The notes under the pieces are model-generated. The model did not search any database and was not told where the DNA came from. It was given only the letters and a program-made list of their open reading frames with translations. DNA of 64,000 bases. It comes from Vermamoeba vermiformis (lineage: Eukaryota). Position numbers and translations under genes: made by a program. Positions 24,998 to 37,218 of the stretch are shown in pieces (the stretch's first letter is position 1; every line of letters starts with the position of its first letter). Where the stretch lies: positions 62,001-126,000 of the forward strand of contig JBEWZL010000276.1 in NCBI GenBank assembly GCA_045837725.1, written 5' to 3'.

Positions 24998-27485
24998 TTA
25001 TTTACAAGTAGCTTGGCAATCTGTTTTGAACCATTCAGGAATTGGGCACTTGAAGGGATTACCTGCCGCATCACAAACTGCGTGAACTTGCGTAACGTTT
25101 AAAAATTTTGGCGATACTGAAGTGAACAAATTATCGGCGATCTCCAGCACGCCAATATAATTAAAAAATTCTTGTGGCAAGTTGAATTCACCGCTGAAAG
25201 AGTTACGCGAGAGAACAATGCTCGTGTACGTTCGCTCTAGTTGAAGGTTCTCGTTCATCTTCGGAGCTGGACCCGTCAAGTGATTGTTTGACAATTGTAG
25301 CTGTCTTATGTTTGTCTTTTCAAGACTAGGCACTGTGCCAGTCAGATTATTGCCGCCTAAGAACAAGAACTTTAACGAAGACATCTCTGAAATTTCGTTT
25401 GGTATCGTTCCATGCAGTCCAGCGCCTTGTGCGTCGAACTGCTCAAGATGTTTGAGGTTTGAAATCTGCGGAGGTATCGTCCATGACAACTCGCGGTTAT
25501 TGATCAGGCCCAAATACTTCAATGAAGTCAACGAGAATATCTCCAATGGCACCGTTCCGGTAAGGTGTGAGTCGGAAAAACTGAGTTTGACGAGGTTCGT
25601 AAGGTTTCCTATTGACGCTGGAATAGTCCCGCGCAGCCTGTTTGGCGATAAATCAAAACTTTCAAGCTTGTCTAGTTTGCCAATCGAATCGGGAATTGTT
25701 CCATCCAAACGGCCGGAGATCTTCTCAATGCGAACTACTCTGAAGTCTTCGTTGCACGTGATGCCAGGCCATTCACAAACTGATATTGATGGCAATGCTG
25801 TGTTCTTCCACTTCTCACCTCCGCCAGTGGCATAGTAGAACTCGATAAGCACGTCTTGGTCGATTGACGAAAAATGGCTTGGAACATTCGTACTACTCGG
25901 TGCTTCCGGCGTCGCTGAATTGTTAACGAGTGGCGTGACAAAGAACACTCCAACGGCAACGCTGATCAACAAAACAACTGCAAGTGATGTGCCAATGATC
26001 CATCCCAGTGAGCGATTCCTAGGTCGCTCTTTCGTGCCAGCAGTCTTCTTTTCGTTTTTCTTCTGCTCCTTTTTGATGAATTCAGCATACATCATATCAA
26101 CGACTTGATGGATCTGACTCGCATCCGCTTTCATGTCATTGATGTCTCTGAAGTTCTGTTTGATTGACTCACTCAGATATGGTATCAATGACTCGTAGTC
26201 CACGTGGAGAATGCCTGATAAGCATGTTAGAACATAAATATAGTTATTATTGCACGTACCATCGATGAGTTGAACTGCTTCAGGCACGACACTCTCGATT
26301 TGCTGAGCGATGTATCCGACGAATCTCTTGTTCATTGGTGCGTTGGTGGCACCTTGTTTGAACTTATATTCGACTCCATCAATTTTGAGAAGCACTGAGC
26401 GCGGGTCATGATCGTCGATCAGCAGTCTGACATCTTCTTTGATGTTGATGTCTGATGCCTTGTAGAAGTTGAGGGCTCTGAAGTTGCCAATCACCTCTGC
26501 GTTGCCGTTGTACAGCACCATGTAGTGGTCCGAGCGATAGCTGCGTCTAGGTTAGAAAACGACATCGCGATAAAGTGAGACACGTACTTCGTGGCAAGTG
26601 ACTGGAGTTCTGAGGCATCACCGTAGCTTACGTGCCTGCCCGTAAATCAATGTTAGACTAACATCAATGTGATGCATTTAAAGTGTACACTGCTACATTA
26701 CAACACTTACGAAGCAGGGATCAGCGAAAGATCTTCAGATTCAGCTTCGTTGCTGCAACTTTGAAATTGTTCTTCTGAATCGTTCAGAGTGGTGGCCATA
26801 ACACTATCCTCATCTTGGTATTCAGCAGATGAATAAAGTGCCTCATTTTGCAAATGAACGCTTGCTGCATATTGAGCTTCTGCATCCAACCCCCAACAAA
26901 TTGGAATAATAACTAAAAAAGCCATTAGATGCTAAAATGAATTTTGTCGCGAGGAATCATTAATGGTTTGAAAAATTACAAAATGGTTTAAATAATATAT
27001 AAAATTATTGGCCGATTTTTACCGTTGCCTTCATCGGGTTCTTCGCCTGCAACACGCCTTTTAGGAAGTACTTTGCATGTCTGAGAAAGTCCTGTGCTTA
27101 AGAGACCGTCGTCTTTCGCAAAACAACGAACCACAATTCTGATCGAGCGATCTTTGTTCCTTCTGAAATCAAATACTCCTGCTGTTATCTTCACTTGACA
27201 TATTAGTGCTTCTATTATTGAAGTATTGTATTTTTTCTGAAACTGATACGGTGTTCTCTTCGCCCATGCAAGGCCATTCGAAACAACTTGTTCTTGTCCG
27301 TTCGTTGCTGTTTGAAGTATTTGGAACTGATAATGATAGCTATCATTTGTATCAATACGCGTCAAAGTCAATCCGAAGCTTGGATTGGTAGTTTGGGTGA
27401 ATACAAACGCATCCGCATCTCCCGAAATCGGAATAAAAATCTGAAAATTAGTTGAAACGTGCAGTTGAATTGCGTTTGGTTCCAT
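24998..27485 (-). CDS. MYRF-like membrane-tethered protein: putative DNA-binding domain, acidic linker, ICA/Peptidase_S74 autocleavage domain, coiled coil, TM, LRR ectodomain (copy 2, intact)
   Basis: 5 exons splice in frame. YKASDINIKE Ser-Lys motif, GYIAQQIESVVPEAV, HVDYESLIPYLSESIKQ, TM WIIGTSLAVVLLISVAVGVFFV, LRRNT cap YYATGGGEKW..CEWPGITC, LxGxIP-type LRRs, C-cap GNPFKCPIP. Confidence 0.88.
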
Positions 27486-27576
27486 TGTTGGTGTTCATTT
27501 GAGGAACATCGAATTAATTGGGTGTGATTCGTGTCACCGAATTTAGCCGGTTAGATTTGAAAAACAAAAAAAGAAA

Positions 27577-27649
27577 TGCCGCGACCCGGGATTGAACCGG
27601 GGGCCTCTAGATCTTCAGTCTAACGCTCTCCCAACTGAGCTATCGCGGC
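27577..27649 (-). tRNA. tRNA-Phe (GAA)
   Basis: Reverse complement begins GCCGCGATAGCTCAGTTGGGAGAGCGTTAGACTGAAGATCTA, contains GGTTCAATCC and ends TCGCGGCA; T-run terminator follows. Confidence 0.97.
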
Positions 27650-27965
27650 TTAGTGTGGGATGCGTCCGCCACTCCCGCCACCAGGCGGATCGTAACGACC
27701 GAGGAGAGTTAACAACTTGCAATCGGATCAGGATCCACTGCCTTAAGGTGCAGTCCAATAGTAGTAATCAAGCTACGCTGCAACAAGCCATGATTGGTTC
27801 CTTGTACATTAAGTGACGATGCAGGTCGGGCAGTCTCTCTCTTGTAGCGTTAATGCCTGAGGCTAGATCCGCTGGGAGAACTATCAACTTTGTTCGAGGG
27901 TACTATGTAAGCGATGTTGTGGCTATGTAGTTCGTATCCTAGTTTTATGTTCGTGGTGAATGTAA

Positions 27966-29678
27966 TTACAATTTTGACGTTTTCTTTCGCAGATCCACGA
28001 TGACTTTACCGACGTTCTGACCTTTGTACATGTATTCAACGGCACTAGGCACTGACTCGATGCCATTAAAGTGGCAGTCAGTCAAGCTCTTAATCTTGCC
28101 TTCAGAATATAACTGAATCAGCTTGCCAACGTGACCGCGGATGTCGCGAGCAAAATGGTTCAAGAAGAAGCCGCGCATTGAAGCTGATTTTTGAAGCAAT
28201 TTAAGCTCGACGGGGACATTCTTTTCTATAATTAAAAAACGATTCATTAGCCTCACGAAGTTACTCCACAAGTCATTAGAATTTTGACAGCGGATGCCGA
28301 CGAATTCTGATTGTCGTATAAATAAGGATTTCATTAAAAAATATGTATAAGTAGCATGTCTATAACTTTTAAGCTTAATTTAGATAAGTTGTTGGGTCCG
28401 TAAGCGATGAAAATTAAAAGTTAAATTTTGTAATGAAGTCGTACCTTTAGATTTAGCACCAAATGATTGATCGACGTAGCCAGAAATCATGCCAATAACA
28501 ACTATCTTGCCATGAATAGCCAATGAGTTCACTGCTGCTTCCAACATTTTTCCGCCAACGCATTCGTAAACGAGATCAACGCCGTTAGGATATTCTTTCT
28601 TCAAAACAGTTCCAACATCTTCTTTCTTATAGTTAATGACTCTGTCGCATCCAATCTCCTTCAAAAACTTGACTTTGTCTTCAGATCCGCAAGTTCCAAT
28701 GACGTGATTTCCAGCGAGTTTTGCTAATTGCACTGCAAATTGACCAGTGCCACCAGCAGCAGCTAAAAATAGATCATTAGATATAATAAAGGATATATTA
28801 TTAGTATATAGATAAGTACCAGTGACTAAGACTGTTTGGCTCGATTTTAATTCGCCGACTTTTTCGAGCGAAATGGATGCGGTCGTGCCTGACACGAACA
28901 AGGGCAAGAAATCTAATAATTCGTTAATATTTATAGTATAATGCACGTATTACGCAAAAATACTACTAAAACGAAGCATTGGCAATTTATAATTTAAGAA
29001 AAATATTGTCGGATCTCACGTCATACGGGACAGTCAAAATAAGATAGTAAAGCATATTATAGTAAATTTGATTAATCTCATTATTACCTGGGTTTAATGA
29101 GGGCAATTTGATAGCGAGAGAAGCAGGCACAGTGACGTATTCGGCGAAGGCTCCGTATTCTGCAATAATAATACAGATTATAATCTGTCACGAGATAGTT
29201 TTGCTTATTAATAATAAAAATAATATAATAAAATATAGTGTAATGATTTGCAATGGTGCAAGCAAAAGGACGGGACTTGGCTCGATCCCGCAGGAAATTT
29301 GGTTTTACCACCGTAAAACGTAATTACGAATTTAAAATACACGATTGCAGTAGCCAATATTATTATAAAATTTTAGTACTTACTTGAAAAGTAAACAGGG
29401 TCGCCAATTTTCAATTTTGTCACATCAGATCCGACTTTGTAAACTTCTCCAATAGCTTCAAATCCAATATCAAATGGTGGCTTAACTCCAGGAGTATATG
29501 CACCGGCAGTAAAATTAATATCAGAGGCATTAATGCCCAAATAGATATTTTTAATGACGATATGATCTGCCGGAATTTGTTGAGGCAAATCTGCGTCAAC
29601 TAATTTAATAACCTCGTTGAAATTGGCACCAATCTTGGTGGCAATATATTTCTTGTATTTAGTGACTTGTGTTGTCAT
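27966..29678 (-). CDS. prostaglandin reductase 3/ZADH2-like MDR oxidoreductase, C-terminal SKL (peroxisomal signal)
   Basis: [70 protein letters not shown]. Confidence 0.9.
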
Positions 29679-29928
29679 CTTCAAATTCGGAATAATAATT
29701 AAGCAGCGGCGAGACCGCCAAAAAAAACATTGTAACAACTGAAATCTCGCTTAGCAATTGCCTAATTAAGCAACACGGAGTGTAATAATGGACTTTAGTC
29801 ACATCTAAAAGACCGAAGCTGCGCGAATTTAAAACATTAAACAAGGGAGATCCGTTCCAACGAAACAGTGTACGTTAGTCAAATGATTCATTAAAATAAT
29901 AATACTTTATTACAGAGATAGATGCATA

Positions 29929-32900
29929 TTAATGCGCTGTGGTGCTGTTCATCAACGTGGTTGAATTTGTAATGGCTTCTGGGTTGCTCGCACCACCAGA
30001 TGGCACGTAGTAGAACGCAGCGACGAGCAGTGCGTAAATAAAGACCAATGAGGCACCTTCGAAGTAATTGGACTTGCCTAATAAGGAAATATTAGCAACA
30101 TAATAGACTATAAATGTATAGTTAAAAAAAGGATTTGCGTTCTTCCCAAAATAGTAATTACTTAATGTTACGTACCTCTAATAGACACATAATTGAGTAC
30201 TAATACGGCAAATACGACTGCACCCAAGTTTAACAGAGGGAAAATCAAAGTGAACGAACCAACGCTGGATCCAGAGTTGAAAATGGCCGAAGCAGCAACT
30301 AATACAGGCATTTGAATTAACGCGCATTGAACAGAACCGCTCGTAGCTATTTCCATGGACAACGCGATGTTATCGTTGATCGCGAACAAAATTGCATTGA
30401 CGAATTCAGCAATGGCTGGCACGACCGCAATAAGCGTCAAACCTAAAATAGCACAATATTATAACCATATATATGAAATTATATTAAATATTTTGTACCT
30501 AAGAACGACTGCGAAATATTCAAAGTGTTCAATACGGGTTGAATTTCTTCGACCAAGTTTTCAGCGATCAAACCAAATGTAGCCGAAGAGATCAAAAGCA
30601 CGATGACACTGACTAAAATAGACCACTCAGGAGCATGGTGCTTCATTTCTATAATAGTATAATGCATTAGAACAGGACTAAGTAAAAAAAGGTTTGACAT
30701 TTTGACACGTGTCATAAGGTCACTTCGAGACACCCCGCGAAGCCTTATAATATCATAATAGGGTATCGAAACTTACCTTCTTCCTCCTCCTCAGTGGCTT
30801 GGAAGATGTGCGAGTGAGTCTTCAATGTGAAGATCAAACCAACGATGTAACAGAGCGGCAAAATGGCTGCGCAGAAGTACATCAAGGGTCTGTTTGTACA
30901 ATCATTAGTATTAGAATAATACTAATATTTTACGGTAATTACCTTGCACCATCGGTGTACATAGGGTCTTCGTCCAAAGCCAACTAAAATAAAAAATATT
31001 GTTAGAATTGAAATTTTGGATCTGGATCGATTTTGACGTACTTGTTCGTAAACACAAACTTTGCAGCTCAAATCCATAGTGGCATTCTGGTTCGTAGTAG
31101 TGCACAGCGAGCAGTTCAACGAGTGATTGCCATAAATGGTATAGAAGATCGTTGGTGTAAAAGCGCCCAAGACTGACACGAGCAACATGACAGAACTGAC
31201 ACCAGCAGCTGACGGATTGAATCGTTGTTCTTTGTATTTGAATCCACCGGCAATCATAGACAAGCCAGGCAATAATAACATGTTTGATAATAAGGCACCC
31301 GTAACACCATATGAAACGAGGGTGTCGAGTTTTCCTTTCTTCAATGCCATGACGTATAATAATACTTCGACTATAGTACCGAAACCAGCGTTTAAGAAGG
31401 CACCAATAATATAGTTGGTTTGGGCAGCAATGCTGAAGGAAAAAATTAGATCGGATCTGATTACAAAAATGAAATTGATATTAGACTGCTTACCTTGATA
31501 CAGCCATACCAATATAGAAAGAGATTGGAATAATGCAAAGCAAGTCGATAATAAACATGACCATAGGTGGCAATTGGTATTCATGAGGCACGATCCAGCC
31601 TTCAACTAGTGAGAAGACAACGAACGGCAAAATATCTTGAAAATTAGTTAAGGAGATAATTAATGAATAATATAGACATTATCAATAATATTTTCTGAAA
31701 GGATACTGACTAAAATAATGTTCATGCCGCCAACTGAATATTTGTAGTAATGAACATTAACAGCTTGATGCGTGCATAATTCGACATCAGCGCCAGCTCC
31801 TGGATAAGAAGCAGCAATTTTGAGCGATAAAGGCGAATTAAATAGGAGATAAAGGACATCTCGATTGACCTGCGTAAAGCATCACGTTTAGCGCATATTT
31901 TTGGACTTAGGTAGTATATTTAAGCCTTACCTTTGCCATGGGAATAAAGATGACAACCATCCAAGTAATAAATAATATTACGAGATGGATTGGTGATAAT
32001 ATGAATACAGCAGGAATGAGCCAAACTGCGTAGCCCACGGGGTTGCCCTTGAATTTGTGCTTGGGTTCTGTTGAATTTAAAGGCCGTCTTTCCTCATCAT
32101 AGGCACTATATTCCTAACGTATAGTAATTAGCAAATATAAAATTGAACGGAAGCTATAATTTGTCGGATCGAGGATCCTCCGTGCAGATCTTTGCGATTT
32201 TTTAAATCTGTAGGATTATTTCGTTCGTAAAATAAATAATTTTATAAAAATACGTACTCTGTAAATGAATTTTCCAAAAGGCCAGAAGAAGTACGAGGCC
32301 AACGACCAGCAAAGCTTAGCGTAAGGCAAGCCAATGACCGTAATCGTTAAAATTCCAGCGGATAATACGTAGAAAAATGCCATCCACCAGCCAAACAAAA
32401 TAGTCCATAAGATATTCCAGAACGTGAAGTACGAATGTTCTATCGAAAACTTCGAGATGAGAAATTTGGGAAGCTAATAATGGTATTATTAATAGTACGA
32501 ACCTGACGTATCTTTTTCTGGTGCCTTGTCGCGGATAGAGGAGGAAGATCTGTTAAAAGGACTGTCAGATCGGATCACAAAATCATTAGTGCGTTTGATT
32601 ATGTGAGTTAGTTGGATAATAATTAATTGAATTATATGTAGCATATGTGTATTAAAAATTATATTATTTGAAAGCACATCTACTTCCACCCTGGTTGATA
32701 TTTATTTATTTTTAAAATTAAAAACATACCTCATTGCAGCGGACCAAGGACGAAGACCGAATACACTTTGTTTCTCTTCATATTTCATGGACTCAGATCG
32801 CTCTTGGGGCTCTTGATCTCCATTCTCGCCGTCACGAACGTCATCAGCAAACGCTACTTGCTTTCTACGGCGAATCACCGGACTAGCGGGCTCTGAATTA

Positions 32901-32950
32901 TTATCACCGCCATTTGACGTGTCAACAATCGTTATTTTAGATTGTGACAT
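29929..32950 (-). CDS. type II cation/H+ exchanger (VNX1-like CAX with YccF domain)
   Basis: FGWWMA..IGLPYAKLCWSLASYFFWPFGK (YccF), GAFLNAGFGTIVE, LSNMLLLPGLSMIAGG, AEFVNAILFA, GSVQCALIQMP, GKSNYFEG. Confidence 0.9.
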
Positions 32951-33028
32951 GTGTTGTGTCGGGTTCAACAGCGACGATAAAACTAAAAATTAGATCGAAC
33001 TATTCTTTTATTGAAACCACAACAACTA

Positions 33029-34381
33029 ATGGCTGAAACAACACCGTACGTCGAAGTTCAATTAGGTTTTGCAGAGCCTTTTGAGGACGAGGGACAAAAT
33101 AACGTCTTTGCAAGCAAAATTGGAGGTCGTCCGGTATGTAGATCCAAATCTACCAACCAAAAAATTAAATAATGGCACTACTATTGTGCAATTTATTTTA
33201 TTTAAGCTACTCATAGTAGTAACGTAATTAATCAAATTTATTGGACAGAACTGGTTGATTCCTGAACATTTACCCACCACAGAATCATTACAATGCGGTA
33301 TTTGCCGTGGACCCATGTCATTTTTCTTGCAGGTAATTATTTGAGGCAGTTGGAGGCTTTTTTCTTCATTTTTTGCGGCCGAACCTGATTCTGATCGCGA
33401 TCCAGATCTACGCTCCGTTGGAAGAGTTCGATCACGCATATCACCGTTCATTATATGTATTTTGCTGCAAAAAAGGCTCGTGCCAGAAGCAGGATTTTTC
33501 ATCGAGGTAGGTGTCTTGAATTATTAACGTTCGGGTCTAACTGGGTTCATAGCGTTAAAATAATTCGTGGACAGCTGCCTTCCAACAATAAGTACTATTC
33601 TAAGGACGAAAAGGTCGTCTATACTGAAGAAGATAGAAAGAAATTTAATAGAGGTAAGATCCAGATCCTATGATCCGACGATCTGACTAATTTTTTAGCC
33701 GTGCTTTGCTGTGTCTGCGGAAAATTTGCTGATAAGCGATGTGCCCAATGCAAGAAGCGAGATTATTGCTCTAAAGAACATCAAACAGAGCATTGGAACC
33801 TTTTCAATCACTCAAAAGAATGCGCTCAAGTTCTCGAAGATAAATTGCAGAGTATGAAGCTTAGCGATGGTGAAAGCAAGAAAATTTTGACTAAATCGAC
33901 GTATATTTTCCCGGAATATGAAATTATTACGGATGCTGAAGAGCCTGTTGAAGAAGATGAAAACGAAAAAGAAAAGATCCAGAATTTAATTCAAGATTAC
34001 GAAAAGGAAGGTCCCGATGATGATAAAGACGATTTAGAAGCTGAAGATACCGAAGTCGACAAGGCGTTCTTAAATTTCCAGAAAGTAATCAAGCGAGAAC
34101 CAGATCAAATTCTCCGTTACGCTCGCGGTGAAGGATCCAAGCCTTTATGGGTGAATTCCAAGCAAATTTTAGAAGAGAAAGATGTTCCTAGATGTCGATA
34201 CTGCGGAGGTGAAAGAGTCTACGAGTTCCAGATCCTGCCTCAACTCCTTTACACGTTGAAAATTGAAGATCGACCAGATCCGATGGAATGGGCTAACTTA
34301 GTGGCATTTACTTGTAAAAATAGCTGCGTTAAGGAGGGTGTCACTTATTATGAGGAGGTCTTATTTAGACAAACTGATTAA
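33029..34381 (+). CDS. PDCD2: programmed cell death protein 2 (zf-MYND plus PDCD2_C)
   Basis: VQLGFAE..SKIGGRP, CGICRGPMSFFLQIYAP, CCVCGKFADKRCAQCK..YCSKEHQTEHW..H..EC, EPDQILRY, YEFQILPQLL. Confidence 0.92.
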
Positions 34382-34439
34382 ATAAAATTTTCTTCGATCG
34401 AGCAAAACAGACTGCTTTTTCGGCTATTTACTTTCTATA

Positions 34440-35013
34440 TTACATTTGCATGGCGTCTATCTCGTCTCTATTTTGATTGGGGTTATTTAACGCTAAAGAT
34501 TTCCTCATTTGAGCCAATTGCTGTTGCAGTAAATCGATCTTCATCGATTGGATCTCCAAATTTTTCTTAGCTCCGTATGTAGTGACTGAAGTTCGATATG
34601 GAGAGTTGTCTACTAAATTATTTAATTGATCTCGCAAGCCTTTTTGAACATCCTAGCGTTATAAAGCGGTGAGTAATTATTTATTTTCAGCCGATCGAGC
34701 TACTTACTCGCACGCCACCCACATAATCAGCAATTAATTTTTTAATATTTTCTGAATTTGCTTCGTCAAGGGCTGTTAGCTGCTCGCAAGCTTGTGAGGC
34801 TGTTTCTAATAGCGAAATAATTTTCTATTTTTAAATAATATTAGCACCAATACTTATAATTTACACATTGACGTAACAAATAAAAAAATAGTATATTTGC
34901 AAAATAAAATAATTATGCGCTTGCAAGCGCAATCTGGTGGTCGGATGTAATTTGTTTACCTGCTCCAATTGCTTTAAAGCGTCTATAGGATTTTCCGTCG
35001 TGGCATTGCTCAT
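34440..35013 (-). CDS. Mediator subunit 11-like protein
   Basis: Short helical protein IDALKQLEQ..KIISLLETASQACEQL..DVQKGLRDQLNNL..SPYRTSVTTYGAKKNLEI, with the size and pattern of Med11. Confidence 0.6.
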
Positions 35014-35157
35014 TATTGTATAGGTGAGTTGAATAATAAAGAAATAAGGAAGATTTTTTTCGGTCAATTCGTTCATGAAAATTTGACTGTTTTTGAATTA
35101 AATCACTACTGCAACACGAACACAATAGAATAGCATTAATATCAATATTTATTGATA

Positions 35158-36732
35158 ATGGAAATATTATCACCAAAGCAACGTTCAAACGGACGTCAAT
35201 TTTTCGATCCGTTCTTGGGCCAGAACGAGGAGAACGAAATAGAAACATACGACGAATTTTTAGAAAAAGTACATGGCAAGGATCCACACAGTATTGATAT
35301 GAGCGGTTGGAACTTTCAAGCTGTTGATTTTTCAGCGATGGATCCGGATGAGTGGAAAAAATATAATTTCAAAGGAGCCAGTTTTTGGGGCTGCACATTT
35401 CCTAAGGGTAATATTACAATTTTAGAATTTTCCGTTGCTAATTTACGTGAATAGGCGTAATGGTGTCCGTTTTGAGAGGAGATGGGCTTATGATCTGGGA
35501 AAATTTCGATGGCTTGCCCTTCAAAACCTTCAGAGGTGCGTTTTCGAACGTCCAAATATAGTTTTTAATTGTATTTTAGGTTTTATGTACACCCAACGCG
35601 AACTTATGGACAATGACGCTGCCATCTACCAACATTATTTAACGAACAAAAAGTTGCAAACGAAAATCGCCCAAACCGTACACGATAATTCTATTAGGTA
35701 AGTTTGAGTATTTATTTCAAGTAATATTAATCAGTTTCGGTAGTGACGCGCTGAGCGATTATCTGGAAGGCAAAACACCCGTTGGTGTCATGGGCGGTCA
35801 CAGATTAAGTCGTAGTAGCAAAGAATATAGAGATTTGGTTTATTTATGTCGAACATTGGCTCGCGCAGGATTTTTGATTGGTAAATCATTAAATTTCCTC
35901 GTCGAGCCCAATTAACCGTTTGTTGTAGTTACTGGTGGTGGTCCTGGTGCCATGGAGGCCGCTAATTTGGGTGCATATCTTGCTAATAGGTAATTTCATG
36001 GAATATATAATCATAATCAAGTTAATAACTAACCGGTACATTTAGAACTGACGAAGAAGTTGAAGAAGCTCTTGGAATTATTGGAAAACGAACTCCGAAT
36101 ACACTAGGCGAAGAGTACATTGACGTTGAAGCAGCGGATAATGTTTTAAAGAGATTTGGAATGCCGACGCACATGCCAAGGTAACCTCGCTAGATCCACC
36201 ATTTTCCGCGTCAGATTCACGCTTACTAATGCTACGATAGTCTTGGTATACCGACCTTCCGCTACGGCCACGAGCCTTCAAACAGATTCGCCACGTGGCA
36301 CGCGAAGTTCTTCTCTAACGCGATCAGAGAGGACTTCTTGTTAGGCATCTGCACGGGTGGTATATTGTTCACTCGTGGCGGCCCTGGAACGCGCCAAGAA
36401 ATCTTCCAAGCTGCTTGCCATAATCATTATACATCAGAGGATTTTATTAGACCAATGGTAAGTCCTAACGTCTATCATGGCTTGAGATGCAGATCCGGTT
36501 TGTACCTTGTCTGACCCTTTAGTAGGTCTTTATCGGAAAATCCTATTGGCTAGAAAGTGGCGTTTATCCGTTGCTATTTGATACGTCAAAAGGAGCCCCT
36601 TTTCATGAATTGTTACTCGTGACTGATGATTTTGACGAGATCGTGGCACATCTGGTTAAACACGCTGAAAATTATAAATTATCCCTGCACAAGAACTTAG
36701 AAGAGTACAAACTGAAGTTTTGGGAGATTTGA
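35158..36732 (+). CDS. LOG/lysine-decarboxylase-like Rossmann-fold nucleotide-binding protein, bacterial-type subfamily
   Basis: VGVMGGH, VTGGGPGAMEAANLGA, SLGIPTFRYGHEPSNRFATWHAKFFSNAIRED, GGPGTRQEIFQ. Confidence 0.85.
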
Positions 36733-37218
36733 TGTAAATAAGTAAAAGCTGGCCGTCCAAACATTTTTTTCTTTTCATTGTTCCTTAATTGGCGTACAAG
36801 CGCCAGTAACAGCAAAGATATTGCCGTATATTTAAGTATGCAGTGGTGCTGAATGGCTGGACTTGCTTCAAGTATGCGATCAAGACCCGGAAAAAATAAA
36901 GATCTGGCTGAATCATGATTAATTTTTCGTTATTTTAGGCATTGGATGCATATTTATAGCAGCTTTAGTTGTTGTTAATGGTAAGTGGTTCCACCGAAAT
37001 GACAAATCAATCGCGTCAGTTCGAGCATTAGTTCGAAATTGGATCGGGTAATTTTGGACACTAGTAATTTTGATTCTCAAAGTGCCATAAAGACGCAATA
37101 CTTTCAATAGTATGACACCCAGAAATTTGTATACTAAATTATATTTTGCAGCAAAAGATTAAAATTATTTTTATTGTTTTAATGGTAATCAAGATTTACA
37201 TTAATGTAATTAACTAGG

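Noticed and set aside
26215-26259. Apparent 15-aa insertion (TCNNNYIYVLTCLSG) in the ICA domain of the 507-aa ORF
   Set aside because: It is a 45-nt GT-AG intron with a CTAAC branch point; copy 1 has a 44-nt intron at the same site
26100-26521. Peptidase_S74 domain as evidence of a prophage or bacterial contamination
   Set aside because: It lies in a spliced gene with a conserved intron inside the domain, is fused to a TM and LRR, and has no phage genes nearby
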